From Dehalococcoidia bacterium (lineage in GTDB: Bacteria > Chloroflexota > Dehalococcoidia > Plut-88900): a stretch of 64,000 bases of DNA. This document shows positions 48,833-58,928 of this stretch, piece by piece. Made by a program: the position numbers and the translations under genes. Positions within the stretch are counted from its first letter, which is position 1, and each line of letters starts with the position of its first letter. The notes under the pieces are model-generated. The model did no database searches, was not told where the DNA came from, and saw nothing but the letters and a program-made list of their open reading frames with translations. The stretch lies in NCBI GenBank assembly GCA_965207225.1, contig CBDBLV010000005.1, forward strand, positions 1,248,001 through 1,312,000. The letters run 5' to 3'.

Positions 48833-50428
48833 CTACCACCCGATCGCACACCCATCCTTCCGAGGCTCCGACCCACCCCTCAACACCCCCGTCTCCGCAT
48901 CCCGCTCGATGATCTGTCCTCCACCGAACAGGCTCCGGTTTTCGTCTCCGTAGGTGACCACGTGGTGACCCCTCCTCATCAACTCCTGCAGCACCCCACC
49001 ATCGACCTCCTCCTCTAACGCCACCCCGTCCCCGATAATCGAACTGAACCTCAGCGCATCCAGCGCCTCCTGAGGCTCGAGGTCGAAGTCGACCATGTTC
49101 GCCATCACCTGCAGATGTCCCTGCGGCTGTTGGAACCCACCCATCACCCCGAACGACAACCACATCTCGTCCCCACGAGTCGCCATCGCCGGAATTATCG
49201 TGTGATACGGCCTCTTCCCCGGAGCCAGCGCATTTGGGTGCTCCGGGTCCAATGAGAACAGCGCCCCCCGGTTATGCAGCGCAATCCCCGTGCCCGGCAC
49301 CACCAGCCCGGTCCCGAAACTCTCGTAGAGGCTGTTAATGAATGAGCACGCGTTCCCCTCCCCGTCCACAACTGTCAAATACGCCGTATTCGCCGCCGCA
49401 TACACGTTCCCCGGCTTAGGATGCTGGATCACCCCGTCACAGGTAATCTCCCCCCGACGCTCTGCCGCATACCCCTTGTCCAGCAGCACCTTCACCGGCA
49501 CGTCGACCTTGGCCGGGTCCCCGATGTACCTCAGCGCATCCGCATAAGCCAGCCGCATCGACTCGATCAAATGGTGATACGTGTCAGCGCTTTGGAATCC
49601 CATTCCCCGGATGTCGAATCCCTCGGCGATGTTCATCGCCATTAACGCCGCCAGCCCGTGACCGTTGGGTGGACACTCCCACACGGTTACCCCGCGGTAG
49701 TCGCTGTGGATCGGCTCATCCCACGTAGACTCGTGGCTCTCCAGATCCTCCTTCTCCAGGCACCCTCCCATTTCTTGGACGTAATTCGCTATCTTTGCGG
49801 CCAGCTTCCCCTTGTAAAACGCTCCTGGCCCCCGCCTCGCGATTGTCTTCAGCACTTCCGCCATCTCCGGCACCCTCATTACCTCCCCCGCCCTCGGCGC
49901 CCGACCGTTCACCAACAGCTCGCCACCCGATGGACACCTCGCCAGCTTGGCCTCGTTGTTCTTCCACGACCGGCCGAGCACCTTCTGTACCACGAACCCA
50001 TCGCTGGCATACCCGATGGCCGGCTTAAGAAGTCGGGAAAGAGGCATCGTCCCATGTCTCTTGAGCAGCGCGTCCCACCCGTCCACTATGCCCGGCACCG
50101 TCACCGACTGCGCCCCCAGCTGCGGCATCTCCCTGTACCCTTCCCTCCTCAGTTCCTCCAGCGACGCCCTTCCCCCCGCCCTTCCACTCCCGTTCAGCGC
50201 CGTCACCTTCCGGTCCTTCGCCATCCAGGTCAGGGCGAACATGTCGCCCCCCAACCCCGTTGACATAGGCTCCGTAACGCACAGCGCCGCCGACGTAGCG
50301 ATCGCCGCATCTACCGCATTGCCTCCCTCTTCCAGCACCCGAAGCCCTGCCATCGCCGCCTGTGTCTCACTCGTGGCTACCATCCCGTGCCGGGCCACGA
50401 CTGACGGTCTTGTTGTGTAGAAGCTCAT
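48833..50428 (-). CDS. ggt: gamma-glutamyltransferase
   Basis: GGNAVDAA, TAYLTVVD, PGKRPYHTI, GVMGG and EPRKDG. Confidence 0.94.
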   Translation of the reverse strand: MSFYTTRPSVVARHGMVATSETQAAMAGLRVLEEGGNAVDAAIATSAALCVTEPMSTGLGGDMFALTWMAKDRKVTALNGSGRAGGRASLEELRREGYREMPQLGAQSVTVPGIVDGWDALLKRHGTMPLSRLLKPAIGYASDGFVVQKVLGRSWKNNEAKLARCPSGGELLVNGRAPRAGEVMRVPEMAEVLKTIARRGPGAFYKGKLAAKIANYVQEMGGCLEKEDLESHESTWDEPIHSDYRGVTVWECPPNGHGLAALMAMNIAEGFDIRGMGFQSADTYHHLIESMRLAYADALRYIGDPAKVDVPVKVLLDKGYAAERRGEITCDGVIQHPKPGNVYAAANTAYLTVVDGEGNACSFINSLYESFGTGLVVPGTGIALHNRGALFSLDPEHPNALAPGKRPYHTIIPAMATRGDEMWLSFGVMGGFQQPQGHLQVMANMVDFDLEPQEALDALRFSSIIGDGVALEEEVDGGVLQELMRRGHHVVTYGDENRSLFGGGQIIERDAETGVLRGGSEPRKDGCAIGW

Positions 50429-50457
50429 CTCTTCCTCCTGGTTATCGAAATGTCATA

Positions 50458-51252
50458 TTAGTTCGCCGCATCCCGCTCGTCGAACACTTCCTTGGCCACC
50501 CCTAGTGCGTTAAGGCACGCGGGAAGCCCGCAATAGTACACCAGGTGCATGAACAGCTCCCCCACTTCCTCCCGACTCCACCCCAGGTTCAGCGCGAAAT
50601 CTATGTGCCCCTTCAACTGCGGCAGCCGACCCAGCGCACACAGCGCCGACATCGTCGCTATGCTCCGCACCTTCTTCTCTAGGCCCGGCCTCCCCCACAC
50701 ATCCCCGAACAGGCTGGCCTTCACCCAGTCGCCCATTCCCTCCGCCAGTGCGTATTGCGGCAGGGACGCTGAATCCGCGTGCCCGAGGCTCAGCTCGTCC
50801 AACACATCATGGCCCCTGGCTATCCGCTCCTCCGTCGACTCCCCACCCTCCGCCTCCTCAAACCCATCCTCCATCAGACCCCGCTCCTCGAAAACAACTC
50901 TCGCCACCGACAAAGCGTTCAGCGTAGAAGGCAGCCCCGCATAGAAAACCAGGTGCATGAACATCTCTCCCAGCTCTTCCTTCGTCCACCCCAGGTTTAG
51001 CGCATACCCGATGTGCCCCTTCAGTTGCGGCTCCTTGCCAGTAACTGTCAGCACCGTCATCGTCGCAATGCTCCTGATCTTCTTAGGCAGCTGCGGCCTC
51101 CCCCACACCTCTCCGAACAGCGATGCCGTAACCCAGTCTCCCATACCCGGCACCAGGTCGTACTGCGGTAGCCCTGCCGCCGTCCTGCCCCCTAGGCTAA
51201 GCTCTTGATAGCTGGCTTCCCCTCGGTTTACCCTGTCCTCGAAATCCGACAT
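50458..51252 (-). CDS. double-domain CMD family protein
   Basis: Two internal repeats, each LFG.VWGRP.L...RSIATM...QLKGHI..ALNLGW. Confidence 0.88.
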   Translation of the reverse strand: MSDFEDRVNRGEASYQELSLGGRTAAGLPQYDLVPGMGDWVTASLFGEVWGRPQLPKKIRSIATMTVLTVTGKEPQLKGHIGYALNLGWTKEELGEMFMHLVFYAGLPSTLNALSVARVVFEERGLMEDGFEEAEGGESTEERIARGHDVLDELSLGHADSASLPQYALAEGMGDWVKASLFGDVWGRPGLEKKVRSIATMSALCALGRLPQLKGHIDFALNLGWSREEVGELFMHLVYYCGLPACLNALGVAKEVFDERDAAN

Positions 51253-51421
51253 ATCGCGTCCATTCTCCAAATTGTTGTTGGCCGGGCCCCATTATAGGCC
51301 ATCACAAGAGTCCTTTAGCATCCGACAATCGCAGGTGTCGATCCCCTCAAGGGAGAGGGCTGGGGTGAGGGTGAAAGAGAGATTGGAAGACTGGTTAGTC
51401 AACGTCCTCGCGAGGTAGTGC

Positions 51422-51700
51422 ATGAGCAAAAGAAAACGCAAGTCCCCACAGGAAGACTACTCCCCCAAGGATCGCTCCATGGCTGGAAACCTCGGCGTCG
51501 TATTTGGCCCCATCGGCGCCCACCGCTTCTACCTCGGCTACCCAATCCACGGCATCATTCAGATACTGCTCACCCTCACCATCGTCGGCGCCCTATGGGG
51601 CATCTACGAAGGCATTACCATCCTCTGGGGCAACGAATGGCGGGACGGCCAGGGCCGTCTCCTCCGCCCCTCCCCCCCGACTGGCAAACAAGCCAAGTAG
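51422..51700 (+). CDS. TM2 domain protein
   Basis: GPIGAHRFYLG motif, two TMs, RDGQGRLL. Confidence 0.85.
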   Translation: MSKRKRKSPQEDYSPKDRSMAGNLGVVFGPIGAHRFYLGYPIHGIIQILLTLTIVGALWGIYEGITILWGNEWRDGQGRLLRPSPPTGKQAK

Positions 51701-51724
51701 CCATCATTCCTTAGGAGCAACACC

Positions 51725-52489
51725 ATGTACGAAAGCCTGAACGGAAAGGTCGCTCTAGTCACCGGCGGCGGTTCCGGCATCGGACGCGCAGCCTCCCTCG
51801 CCTTTGCCCGACGTGGCTGCAAAGTAGTCGTCTCAGATGTGAACGGCCCGGGGGGCCTCGAGACTGTCAAGCTCATCCTCGAAACCGGCGCCGAGGCCAT
51901 ATTCGTCCCCACCAACGTCACCCTTGCCTCCCAGGTAGAGGCCCTTGTTCAGCGCACCGTTAACCGGTTCGGTAGCCTCGACTGCGCCGTAAACAACGCC
52001 GGCGTCAATGTCGCCTCCCGTAACCCCACCCACCTATACTCCGAAGATGACTGGGACCGAATCATAGACGTCAACCTGCGCGGGGTATGGCTCTCCATGA
52101 AGTACGAAATACCCGTAATGCTGGAACAGGGCCGCGGCTCGATAGTGAACCTTGCATCCATCTACGGCATCGTCGGCGCCCCCAACACCGCCGCCTATAC
52201 CGCCAGCAAGCATGGTGTCTCCGGCCTGACAAGGGTGGCCGCCCTTGAATATGCCCAGGAAGGTATACGGGTCAATGCCGTAGGCCCGGGCTACACCGAC
52301 ACCTCAATGGTCCGCCGGGTTATCGACACCAACCCCGGTTTGGAAGACTGGATGATTGGCAAAACTCCCACCGGCCGCATGGGCAACCCCGAGGAGATCG
52401 CCGAGGCAATCGTCTGGCTCTCCTCCGACGAAGCCTCCTTCGTCACAGGCGCCGTAGTCCCAATAGACGGCGGCATGACCGCCCGCTAG
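51725..52489 (+). CDS. SDR family oxidoreductase
   Basis: TGGGSGIG, NNAG, YTASK and IDGG. Confidence 0.93.
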   Translation: MYESLNGKVALVTGGGSGIGRAASLAFARRGCKVVVSDVNGPGGLETVKLILETGAEAIFVPTNVTLASQVEALVQRTVNRFGSLDCAVNNAGVNVASRNPTHLYSEDDWDRIIDVNLRGVWLSMKYEIPVMLEQGRGSIVNLASIYGIVGAPNTAAYTASKHGVSGLTRVAALEYAQEGIRVNAVGPGYTDTSMVRRVIDTNPGLEDWMIGKTPTGRMGNPEEIAEAIVWLSSDEASFVTGAVVPIDGGMTAR

Positions 52490-52493
52490 CTCC

Positions 52494-52906
52494 CTACCCT
52501 TGCCACAGCCGCCGCACCCCATACCGGTCAAACAACGCCTCCCCGGATACCATTACTAGATTATGTCCCATTGCCTGTGCAATCAACACTCTGTCAAACG
52601 GGTCTCGATGATACATGGGGAGCATTCCTGCCCGCACTCCATCATCCACAGATATGGCCAGATCTTCGAATCCTTCTCCTGCTATTGCACCCTGCATATC
52701 AGGTACTAGTCGACTCGCTTCTTCCAACTTCCCTATCCGGTACTTGGTCGCTATTTCCCAAGCCGATGCCGCACTTATCAGCTTGTCATTGCCTTCATCT
52801 TCTTGTCATTGCCTTCATCTTCGATAGCTTCACGGGCAGTGACTGGCAATCTGGTATTCCCTTCAATCCACCAGAGAAAAGCGTGGGTGTCCAGCAGAAG
52901 ACGCAG
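52494..52906 (-). pseudogene. vapC: VapC/PIN toxin, frameshifted by a 20-bp tandem duplication
   Basis: (L)RLLLDTHAFLWW...EGNDK | LISAASAWEIATK...HRDPFDRVLIAQA; CTTGTCATTGCCTTCATCTT x2 at 52782-52821; length 413 = 393+20. Confidence 0.88.
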
Positions 52907-53141
52907 CTATCCGCCCTCCCACAGCTTGAACTCTTCCTCCGGCAACGGGTCAAAGAAGCTGTCAGGAATCTTTATCTTGCCTTTCCAAGAGCCAAACTGC
53001 GGCTTTTCCCTTCGGCTTGCATTTCACCAACCGGGCCACCGGCCTCCCATTACGGGCAATCACCACTTCCTCCCCCGCTTCCACCTGCGCCAACAACTTC
53101 GATAGATTCGTCTTTGCTTCGCGCACATTCACCGTTGTCAT
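52907..53141 (-). pseudogene. Phd/YefM-type antitoxin with a +1 frameshift
   Basis: MTTVNVREAKTNLSKLLAQVEAGEEVVIARNGRPVARLV..KGK | PQFGSWKGKIKIPDSFFDPLPEEE; extra base in GGGAAAAG near 53004-53010; length 235 = 234+1. Confidence 0.85.
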
Positions 53142-53178
53142 TTGAGTTCCTCTACGTCTGTTTGTTTCAAATTATACA

Positions 53179-53194
53179 TGACAACTCAATGTCA
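53179..53194. promoter_or_regulatory. palindromic operator upstream of the TA pair
   Basis: TGACA-N6-TGTCA in an AT-rich region. Confidence 0.5.
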
Positions 53195-53228
53195 CAACAT
53201 GCACATAGCATTATGACACATAATTTTC

Positions 53229-54614
53229 CTACCCCCGATACTCCAGCCTCGGCCCCCGCAGCCGCTCCTCCAAGCCCGTGTCCCCCATGAACTTCACCAG
53301 GTACTCGTGCATGTCCCGTGCCACATCCTCCCTCTCCCTGACCACGTTATGCTCCTGCCCGGGGTCCGACGCCCGGTGATACAACTCCGACTTCCCGGCT
53401 TCTGCCGCATACAGCAGCGACCACTCGTCGGTCGTCACCACCGTATTTGAGTGCACCCTCGCCCGACGCAGGAAGTTGTCCACATGCCTCACCTCTGCCC
53501 CGGGATTCGCGAAGGGCTTCCCGCTTATCACAAACTCCCTCCCCGGCAACGACAGATCATGCATCCTCCCCAGCAAGCTGTTTCCCTCCACGTGTTCGGG
53601 TATCGGCTGCTCTAGGATCTGCATCACCGTCGGCATCACATCCACAGCCGCTGTTAGCTTGTCGTACACCCCCGCCTTTACGCCTGGCACATACATAAGC
53701 AACGGTATGCGGATAATCTCGTCATACAGCGGGTCGTGGCCCCACCCCGCCCCCGCCTGCATCCATCCCGCAGCCGCCGTACCCTCCTCGTTCGTATATA
53801 CCGACTTCCCGAAATGCCCCCCGTGCTCCCCGAACAGGAACCCGTGGTCCGTGGTGAAGATGATCGCCGTCTTTTCCATCAACCCCATGTTCTCGACACA
53901 CCGAAGCAGGTACCCGACCCACGTGTCCACCATCGTCACCTCTCCGCAGTACGAAGCATGGGCCTTTTTCACCTTCGCCTCCGTGAACCCTGGAACGTCC
54001 TGCCAGCGGTTGTACGGCGGGTCTATCACCTCGCCGTCATAGTCCGGCATGTAGAGTTCTGTGTAGTAGTTCGGCGCATCCCACGGCTCATGAGGGTCCC
54101 AGGTATCGATGTAAAGGAAGAAGTTCTCCTTGTAGTGTCGCTGGAGCCACTGTGCTGCCCAAGTAAACGTCTGCGGCGCCGCATGGTCCGCCTCCGTCCT
54201 CCACCCCGACCTCAGGTCCCCCGATTCAGTCCTGAATTTCCCGGGGATGAGCGTAGCATCCTGGCTCGGGTTGAAGAAAAACCCCTGGAACCCCCGGTCG
54301 AAGTTCATCCCGTCCCGGATGTAATAAGGCGTATCGACCACCGCCGCCGTCACATATCCCTTCTCTGACAGTATGTCTGCCAGCGTTATGGAATGCGAAG
54401 GCAGCGGCTCCCAACCCATGAACGACATCGTCCACTGGCCCGTCTGGTGGTCCGCCCGAGCCGGCACCGTCGGAAAAGAAGATACGTAGTGCCCGTCAAA
54501 CCTCACCGACTTCGCCGCCAGCGAGTCCAAAGCCGGCGTTTTTATCCAATCGTTCCCATACGCCCCCATCCGGTCCCACCTGAACGTATCCGCCACTATC
54601 CATATAACGTTCAT
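53229..54614 (-). CDS. sulfatase-like hydrolase (alkaline phosphatase superfamily)
   Basis: NVIWIVADTFR, WDPHEPW and FTTDHG; active-site motif reads TVPAR. Confidence 0.9.
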   Translation of the reverse strand: MNVIWIVADTFRWDRMGAYGNDWIKTPALDSLAAKSVRFDGHYVSSFPTVPARADHQTGQWTMSFMGWEPLPSHSITLADILSEKGYVTAAVVDTPYYIRDGMNFDRGFQGFFFNPSQDATLIPGKFRTESGDLRSGWRTEADHAAPQTFTWAAQWLQRHYKENFFLYIDTWDPHEPWDAPNYYTELYMPDYDGEVIDPPYNRWQDVPGFTEAKVKKAHASYCGEVTMVDTWVGYLLRCVENMGLMEKTAIIFTTDHGFLFGEHGGHFGKSVYTNEEGTAAAGWMQAGAGWGHDPLYDEIIRIPLLMYVPGVKAGVYDKLTAAVDVMPTVMQILEQPIPEHVEGNSLLGRMHDLSLPGREFVISGKPFANPGAEVRHVDNFLRRARVHSNTVVTTDEWSLLYAAEAGKSELYHRASDPGQEHNVVREREDVARDMHEYLVKFMGDTGLEERLRGPRLEYRG

Positions 54615-54778
54615 CTGTTAGCTTCTCCTAACTAAAAGTCAAAACCTGTATCCCACTGCCATTCCGAGGCTCCGCGAGGAATCTGGGGTGGGGAATCGCC
54701 TTCGGATAACACAATGCATATTTCCTCAACGTTATCCGACAAGAATGTCGGAAACCCCTTGATCGACAGTCTTCTTCC

Positions 54779-56098
54779 TCAAGACACCATTACCGGATGC
54801 GGAATCGGCTGGTTGAACAGGTACCCCTTCATGTTGAACGACACCCGGTCCGGCTGCCTGTTCCCCCCCGAGTCCGTCGCCCGGGTCATTATCTTATGCT
54901 CCCCAGGCCTCGCATACCACGTAAACTCAAACCGCACCCACGAGTATTGCACCTGCGCCCCGGATATATCCGCTTCTCGCCACGTACCCCCCGAGTCCTC
55001 ACTCCACTCCACCTTGGCAATTTTCCCATGAGGAGAATGCGCAAATCCGTAAAGCCGGTGCTCGCCCGAGGACAGTCTTGCCAGCCAGGGCAGCGCCAGG
55101 GCGCTATTCACAACCTGCGTCGTAATATTCTGTCCATCCGCGAGATCCTCCCGCGGATACTCGTCTCCAATCAGCACATAGTGAGTCGTATTGTTGCGCG
55201 TCCAAATCATCTCTCTGGAGACCACAATGCTCTGGAGCCACTTGATTGAAGACGACCCCACCCACCCCGGCACCAGGGCCCGAAGCGGATAACCATGGTC
55301 CCGAGGCAAAGCCTCGCCGTTCAAGCTATATGCCAGGAGCGTATCCGCATGCATCGCCTTCTCTACCGGCAGCACCCGCCTGAAACCTCCCTCCGGCGAC
55401 TTCGCATCCAACCCGACCAACAGCACGCTTCGCGCATCCGCCTTGATTACGGCTTCCGTCAACACATCCCGCAGTGGCACTCCCGTCCACTCCCCGCTCC
55501 CCACTGCCCCCAACCCCCACTGAGTGCCGGTCGTCGTCTGGCCGTTCAGCTTTTCGAACATGGAACGGTGATTGCCCGCACACTCGAGGTAAGAAACGAC
55601 CGTCCGAGACGGCATCCTCCGAATGTCGTCATAGCTGAGCTCAACCGCCCCCGACACCCCGTCTCCCTCTATGCTCAGCCTCCACCCCGTCACATCCACG
55701 TCCACGCTTTCCGAGTTGTTTCGTACAAAGAAATATCGATTCGGAGTCGTAACCCCTTGGACGTTCTCCAACCGCGCCTCAAGGCTGCCATTGTGCCGTA
55801 TAAACGGCCCAGGATCTTTGAACCAAACCCGAGCTTCGTCCGCCTCAACAGGAGCGCCCGGCGTCGGAGCCGGCGTTGCCGTTGGAATCGCTGTCGGCAT
55901 TACCCCGCACGCCGCCAGCGCAGCAACCCCGCCCCCCGCCGCGGTCAGCTGCAGGAATCGCCGTCTGCTTATCCCCGTGACCCTTGCCAAAGCCCCGGAG
56001 CTGTCCGTCTCCTGGGTCTTCGCATGTCCTGGTGCCCCCTTACTGTCGACTTCGGATGGGTCCACGCTTATTCCACCTTTGCCCGTTCTCGCGGTCAA
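54779..56098 (-). CDS. sulfite oxidase family molybdoenzyme with Tat/lipoprotein signal (start uncertain)
   Basis: SRRRFLQ..LAAC; FFVRN, LECAGN, HGYPLR, IKWL and RATD..GN.QP. Confidence 0.9.
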   Translation of the reverse strand: MTARTGKGGISVDPSEVDSKGAPGHAKTQETDSSGALARVTGISRRRFLQLTAAGGGVAALAACGVMPTAIPTATPAPTPGAPVEADEARVWFKDPGPFIRHNGSLEARLENVQGVTTPNRYFFVRNNSESVDVDVTGWRLSIEGDGVSGAVELSYDDIRRMPSRTVVSYLECAGNHRSMFEKLNGQTTTGTQWGLGAVGSGEWTGVPLRDVLTEAVIKADARSVLLVGLDAKSPEGGFRRVLPVEKAMHADTLLAYSLNGEALPRDHGYPLRALVPGWVGSSSIKWLQSIVVSREMIWTRNNTTHYVLIGDEYPREDLADGQNITTQVVNSALALPWLARLSSGEHRLYGFAHSPHGKIAKVEWSEDSGGTWREADISGAQVQYSWVRFEFTWYARPGEHKIMTRATDSGGNRQPDRVSFNMKGYLFNQPIPHPVMVS

Positions 56099-56269
56099 TC
56101 TTTGACAGGTTTTCTGGTACGTAACGCCCTAACGTTACCACCCCACCGACTCCCCATAAACCCCCACCCCCTAGACCCCCCCCGACCCCCCCACTCCATA
56201 TTGCACTATAATATCCGTCGCCCCAGCCCTGACACTACAGACGATATCCCCGACAAGGAGCAACCCCCG

Positions 56270-56482
56270 ATGGCAGCTGTTTCATGGAGCGAGGTCGCCA
56301 AGTATTTCGAAGACGCCTTCCCCCTCAAAGGCAGGGTCGAACGCCGGGACGTCATGGACCTCGCCGATGCAGACCTCGCCTCCGATGACGTAATAGACGC
56401 CATAGACGCCATTGGCTCCCGCGTCTTCCCCACCATAGAAGCCGCCAAAGACTTCCTCACCTCCCAGGGCTACATCTCCTAG
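56270..56482 (+). CDS. small acidic hypothetical protein (possibly DUF2795-like)
   Basis: AAGGAG RBS; MAAVSWSEVAKYFEDAFP...; C-ending codons. Confidence 0.7.
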   Translation: MAAVSWSEVAKYFEDAFPLKGRVERRDVMDLADADLASDDVIDAIDAIGSRVFPTIEAAKDFLTSQGYIS

Positions 56483-56740
56483 TCCCCTTACCTATTCTCC
56501 GTAGGCGCGACCGGCGGGTCGCCCTTCCCCTCTCCTTTTCCCTGTAGGGGCGATCCCTTATGGTTGCCCTGGGGAGGGGCCGCTCACCTTGAGGCACTCG
56601 AAGAGCCTGCCCCTGTGAAGGCAGGGGGTCGAGCGGGAGTGGCCCACGCATTTCCGAACCGTCACATACGTCTATGCAAAAGCAATCGAGGGCTGGCACA
56701 TGCCAGCCCCCGATGCTATTTCTCTCTATGAAACGCCAGC

Positions 56741-58774
56741 CTAAACAAACAGCGGCCCGAACACCACCGCCACTATCGCCATCAGCTTCAGCAGGATGTT
56801 CAGCGAAGGCCCCGACGTGTCCTTGAACGGGTCCCCGACCGTGTCCCCGACCACCGCCGCCTTGTGCGCATCCGACCCCTTGCCCCCGTGCTCGCCCTGC
56901 TCGATGAACTTCTTGGCGTTGTCCCAGGACCCGCCCGCGTTCGCCATCGTAATAGCAAGCAGGACTCCCGAGGCTATCGACCCAATCAGCAGCCCACCCA
57001 ACGCCTCGGGCCCCAGCACGATACCCACGATGATCGGCGTCACGATGGCTAGCAGGCCGGGCACGATCATCTCCCTGATCGCTCCCTGCGTGCTTATCGC
57101 CACCGCCCTGCCGTATTCGGGTCTCGCCGTCCCTTCCATGATTCCGGCGATTTCCCGGAACTGCCTCCGCACCTCGCTCACCATCGCATCCGCCGCCCGA
57201 CCCACCGCCTGCAGCGTCAGTGCCGAGAACAGGAACGGCATCAACCCTCCGACTATCAACCCGATCAACGAGCTTACGTCCAGCAGATCGATTATCGATA
57301 TGTCCACGGCCTCCGCGTAGGTCACCATCAGCGCCAGCGATGTCAGCACCGCCGACCCGATAGCGAAACCCTTGCCCGTCGCCGCCGTCGTGTTGCCCAG
57401 CGAGTCCAGCGAGTCCGTGCGCTCCCGAACCTCGGGCGGCAGGCCCGCCTGTTCGGCTATGCCTCCGGCGTTGTCTGCCACCGGCCCGTAGGCATCGGTG
57501 GCCAGCGTTATTCCAAGTGTCGAGAGCATTCCCACGGCTGCCAGCGCTATTCCGTATACACCCGCAAGCCAGTGCGCCAGCCAGATCGCCACTACTATCG
57601 AGACTATGGGAATGACCGCGCTCAGCATCCCCAGCCCCATCCCGCCGATTATCACCGTCGCTGGCCCGGTAAGCGCCTGCTTCGAAAGATTTCTGGTAAA
57701 TGGATACTCGTAGGATGTGAAGAACTCCGTGGCCGTGCCTATCACCTGGCCCGTCACCAGCCCCACCAGCACAACCCAGAACAGGTTGAAATCCATGTCC
57801 AAGACCGAAACCGCGATGCCCGTACCTATCAACACCAGCCCGCCCGACGTGAATATCCCCGTCCTAAGCGCCCACAGCAGCCTTCCCATCCCCGCACCCT
57901 CTCCGGTTCGTACCAGGAACGTCCCCAGCAACGAGGCAAATATCCCGATAGCAGCCACCAACAGAGGGAGCATGAAACCGTTGGAGTCGAAATCGCTAGT
58001 GTGCCCGACCAGCACCGCCGCCGTTGCAGCTAGTGAGAGTGTCGCTATCAGCGACCCGACATAAGACTCGAAAAGGTCTGCCCCCATCCCCGCCACGTCC
58101 CCAACGTTATCGCCCACGTTGTCTGCAATGGTCGCCGGGTTCCGGGGGTCGTCCTCCGGTATCCCCGCCTCCACCTTGCCCACCAGGTCCGCCCCGACAT
58201 CCGCAGCCTTCGTGTAGATGCCGCCCCCCACCCTCGCAAACAGCGCCACCGATGACGCCCCAAATCCGAATCCCGCCACGATGAACGGGTCCTTGAAAGT
58301 CCAGTACAGAGCCGTGACCCCGATCAGCCCGATCCCCACCACCGTGATCCCCATCACCGCCCCGCCCGAGAACGCCACTCGCAGCGCCGGGCCAAGCCCC
58401 TGCTGCGCTTTCGCCGTCGTCCTAGTGTTCGACCTCACCGCCACGTTCATCCCGATGAACCCCGCCAGCCCCGACGCCACCGCCCCCGCCAGGTACGAAA
58501 TCGCCGTCGCCGGCAACGTGCGTCCATCGCCCGCGATCCTGTCCAGCACATCCGCATCTATGAATATCCACAGGATGGCGAAGATGATCAGGCTGAAGAC
58601 CCCCAGGACGGCGTACTCCCTCTTGAGGAAGGCCATCGCCCCTTCCTGGATCGCCTTGCCGATCTCCCGCATCGTCTCGTTCCCCTCGTCCTGCCGAAGG
58701 ATATACATCACTAGGGCAATGGCGAACACCAGCGCGGTCGCGCCTGCAGCAAAGCTGATAACAATTGAAGTCAT
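56741..58774 (-). CDS. hppA: membrane-bound pyrophosphatase (K+-dependent type, probably Na+-pumping)
   Basis: GGGIYTKAADVGADLVGKVE, DNVGDNVGD, GNTTAATGKG and GDTVGDPFKD; start MTSIVISF. Confidence 0.95.
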   Translation of the reverse strand: MTSIVISFAAGATALVFAIALVMYILRQDEGNETMREIGKAIQEGAMAFLKREYAVLGVFSLIIFAILWIFIDADVLDRIAGDGRTLPATAISYLAGAVASGLAGFIGMNVAVRSNTRTTAKAQQGLGPALRVAFSGGAVMGITVVGIGLIGVTALYWTFKDPFIVAGFGFGASSVALFARVGGGIYTKAADVGADLVGKVEAGIPEDDPRNPATIADNVGDNVGDVAGMGADLFESYVGSLIATLSLAATAAVLVGHTSDFDSNGFMLPLLVAAIGIFASLLGTFLVRTGEGAGMGRLLWALRTGIFTSGGLVLIGTGIAVSVLDMDFNLFWVVLVGLVTGQVIGTATEFFTSYEYPFTRNLSKQALTGPATVIIGGMGLGMLSAVIPIVSIVVAIWLAHWLAGVYGIALAAVGMLSTLGITLATDAYGPVADNAGGIAEQAGLPPEVRERTDSLDSLGNTTAATGKGFAIGSAVLTSLALMVTYAEAVDISIIDLLDVSSLIGLIVGGLMPFLFSALTLQAVGRAADAMVSEVRRQFREIAGIMEGTARPEYGRAVAISTQGAIREMIVPGLLAIVTPIIVGIVLGPEALGGLLIGSIASGVLLAITMANAGGSWDNAKKFIEQGEHGGKGSDAHKAAVVGDTVGDPFKDTSGPSLNILLKLMAIVAVVFGPLFV

Positions 58775-58928
58775 TCGAAGAGGTCTCCTGACTGGAAATG
58801 ATTGAGGAGTCCGGGCCCCCCTGTCGGCAACGGATTGTATCGGCCCCCCGACCCCAGCGTCAACATTCCCCACCCCCAACCTCTCGTCATTACCGACTCC
58901 GAAGCGGCGGGGCCGGGTCCTATTCCCC

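Noticed and set aside
53000-53012. Programmed -1 frameshift at G GGA AAA in the antitoxin
   Set aside because: The conserved C-terminus is in the +1 frame; a -1 slip reaches a stop after about 10 codons.
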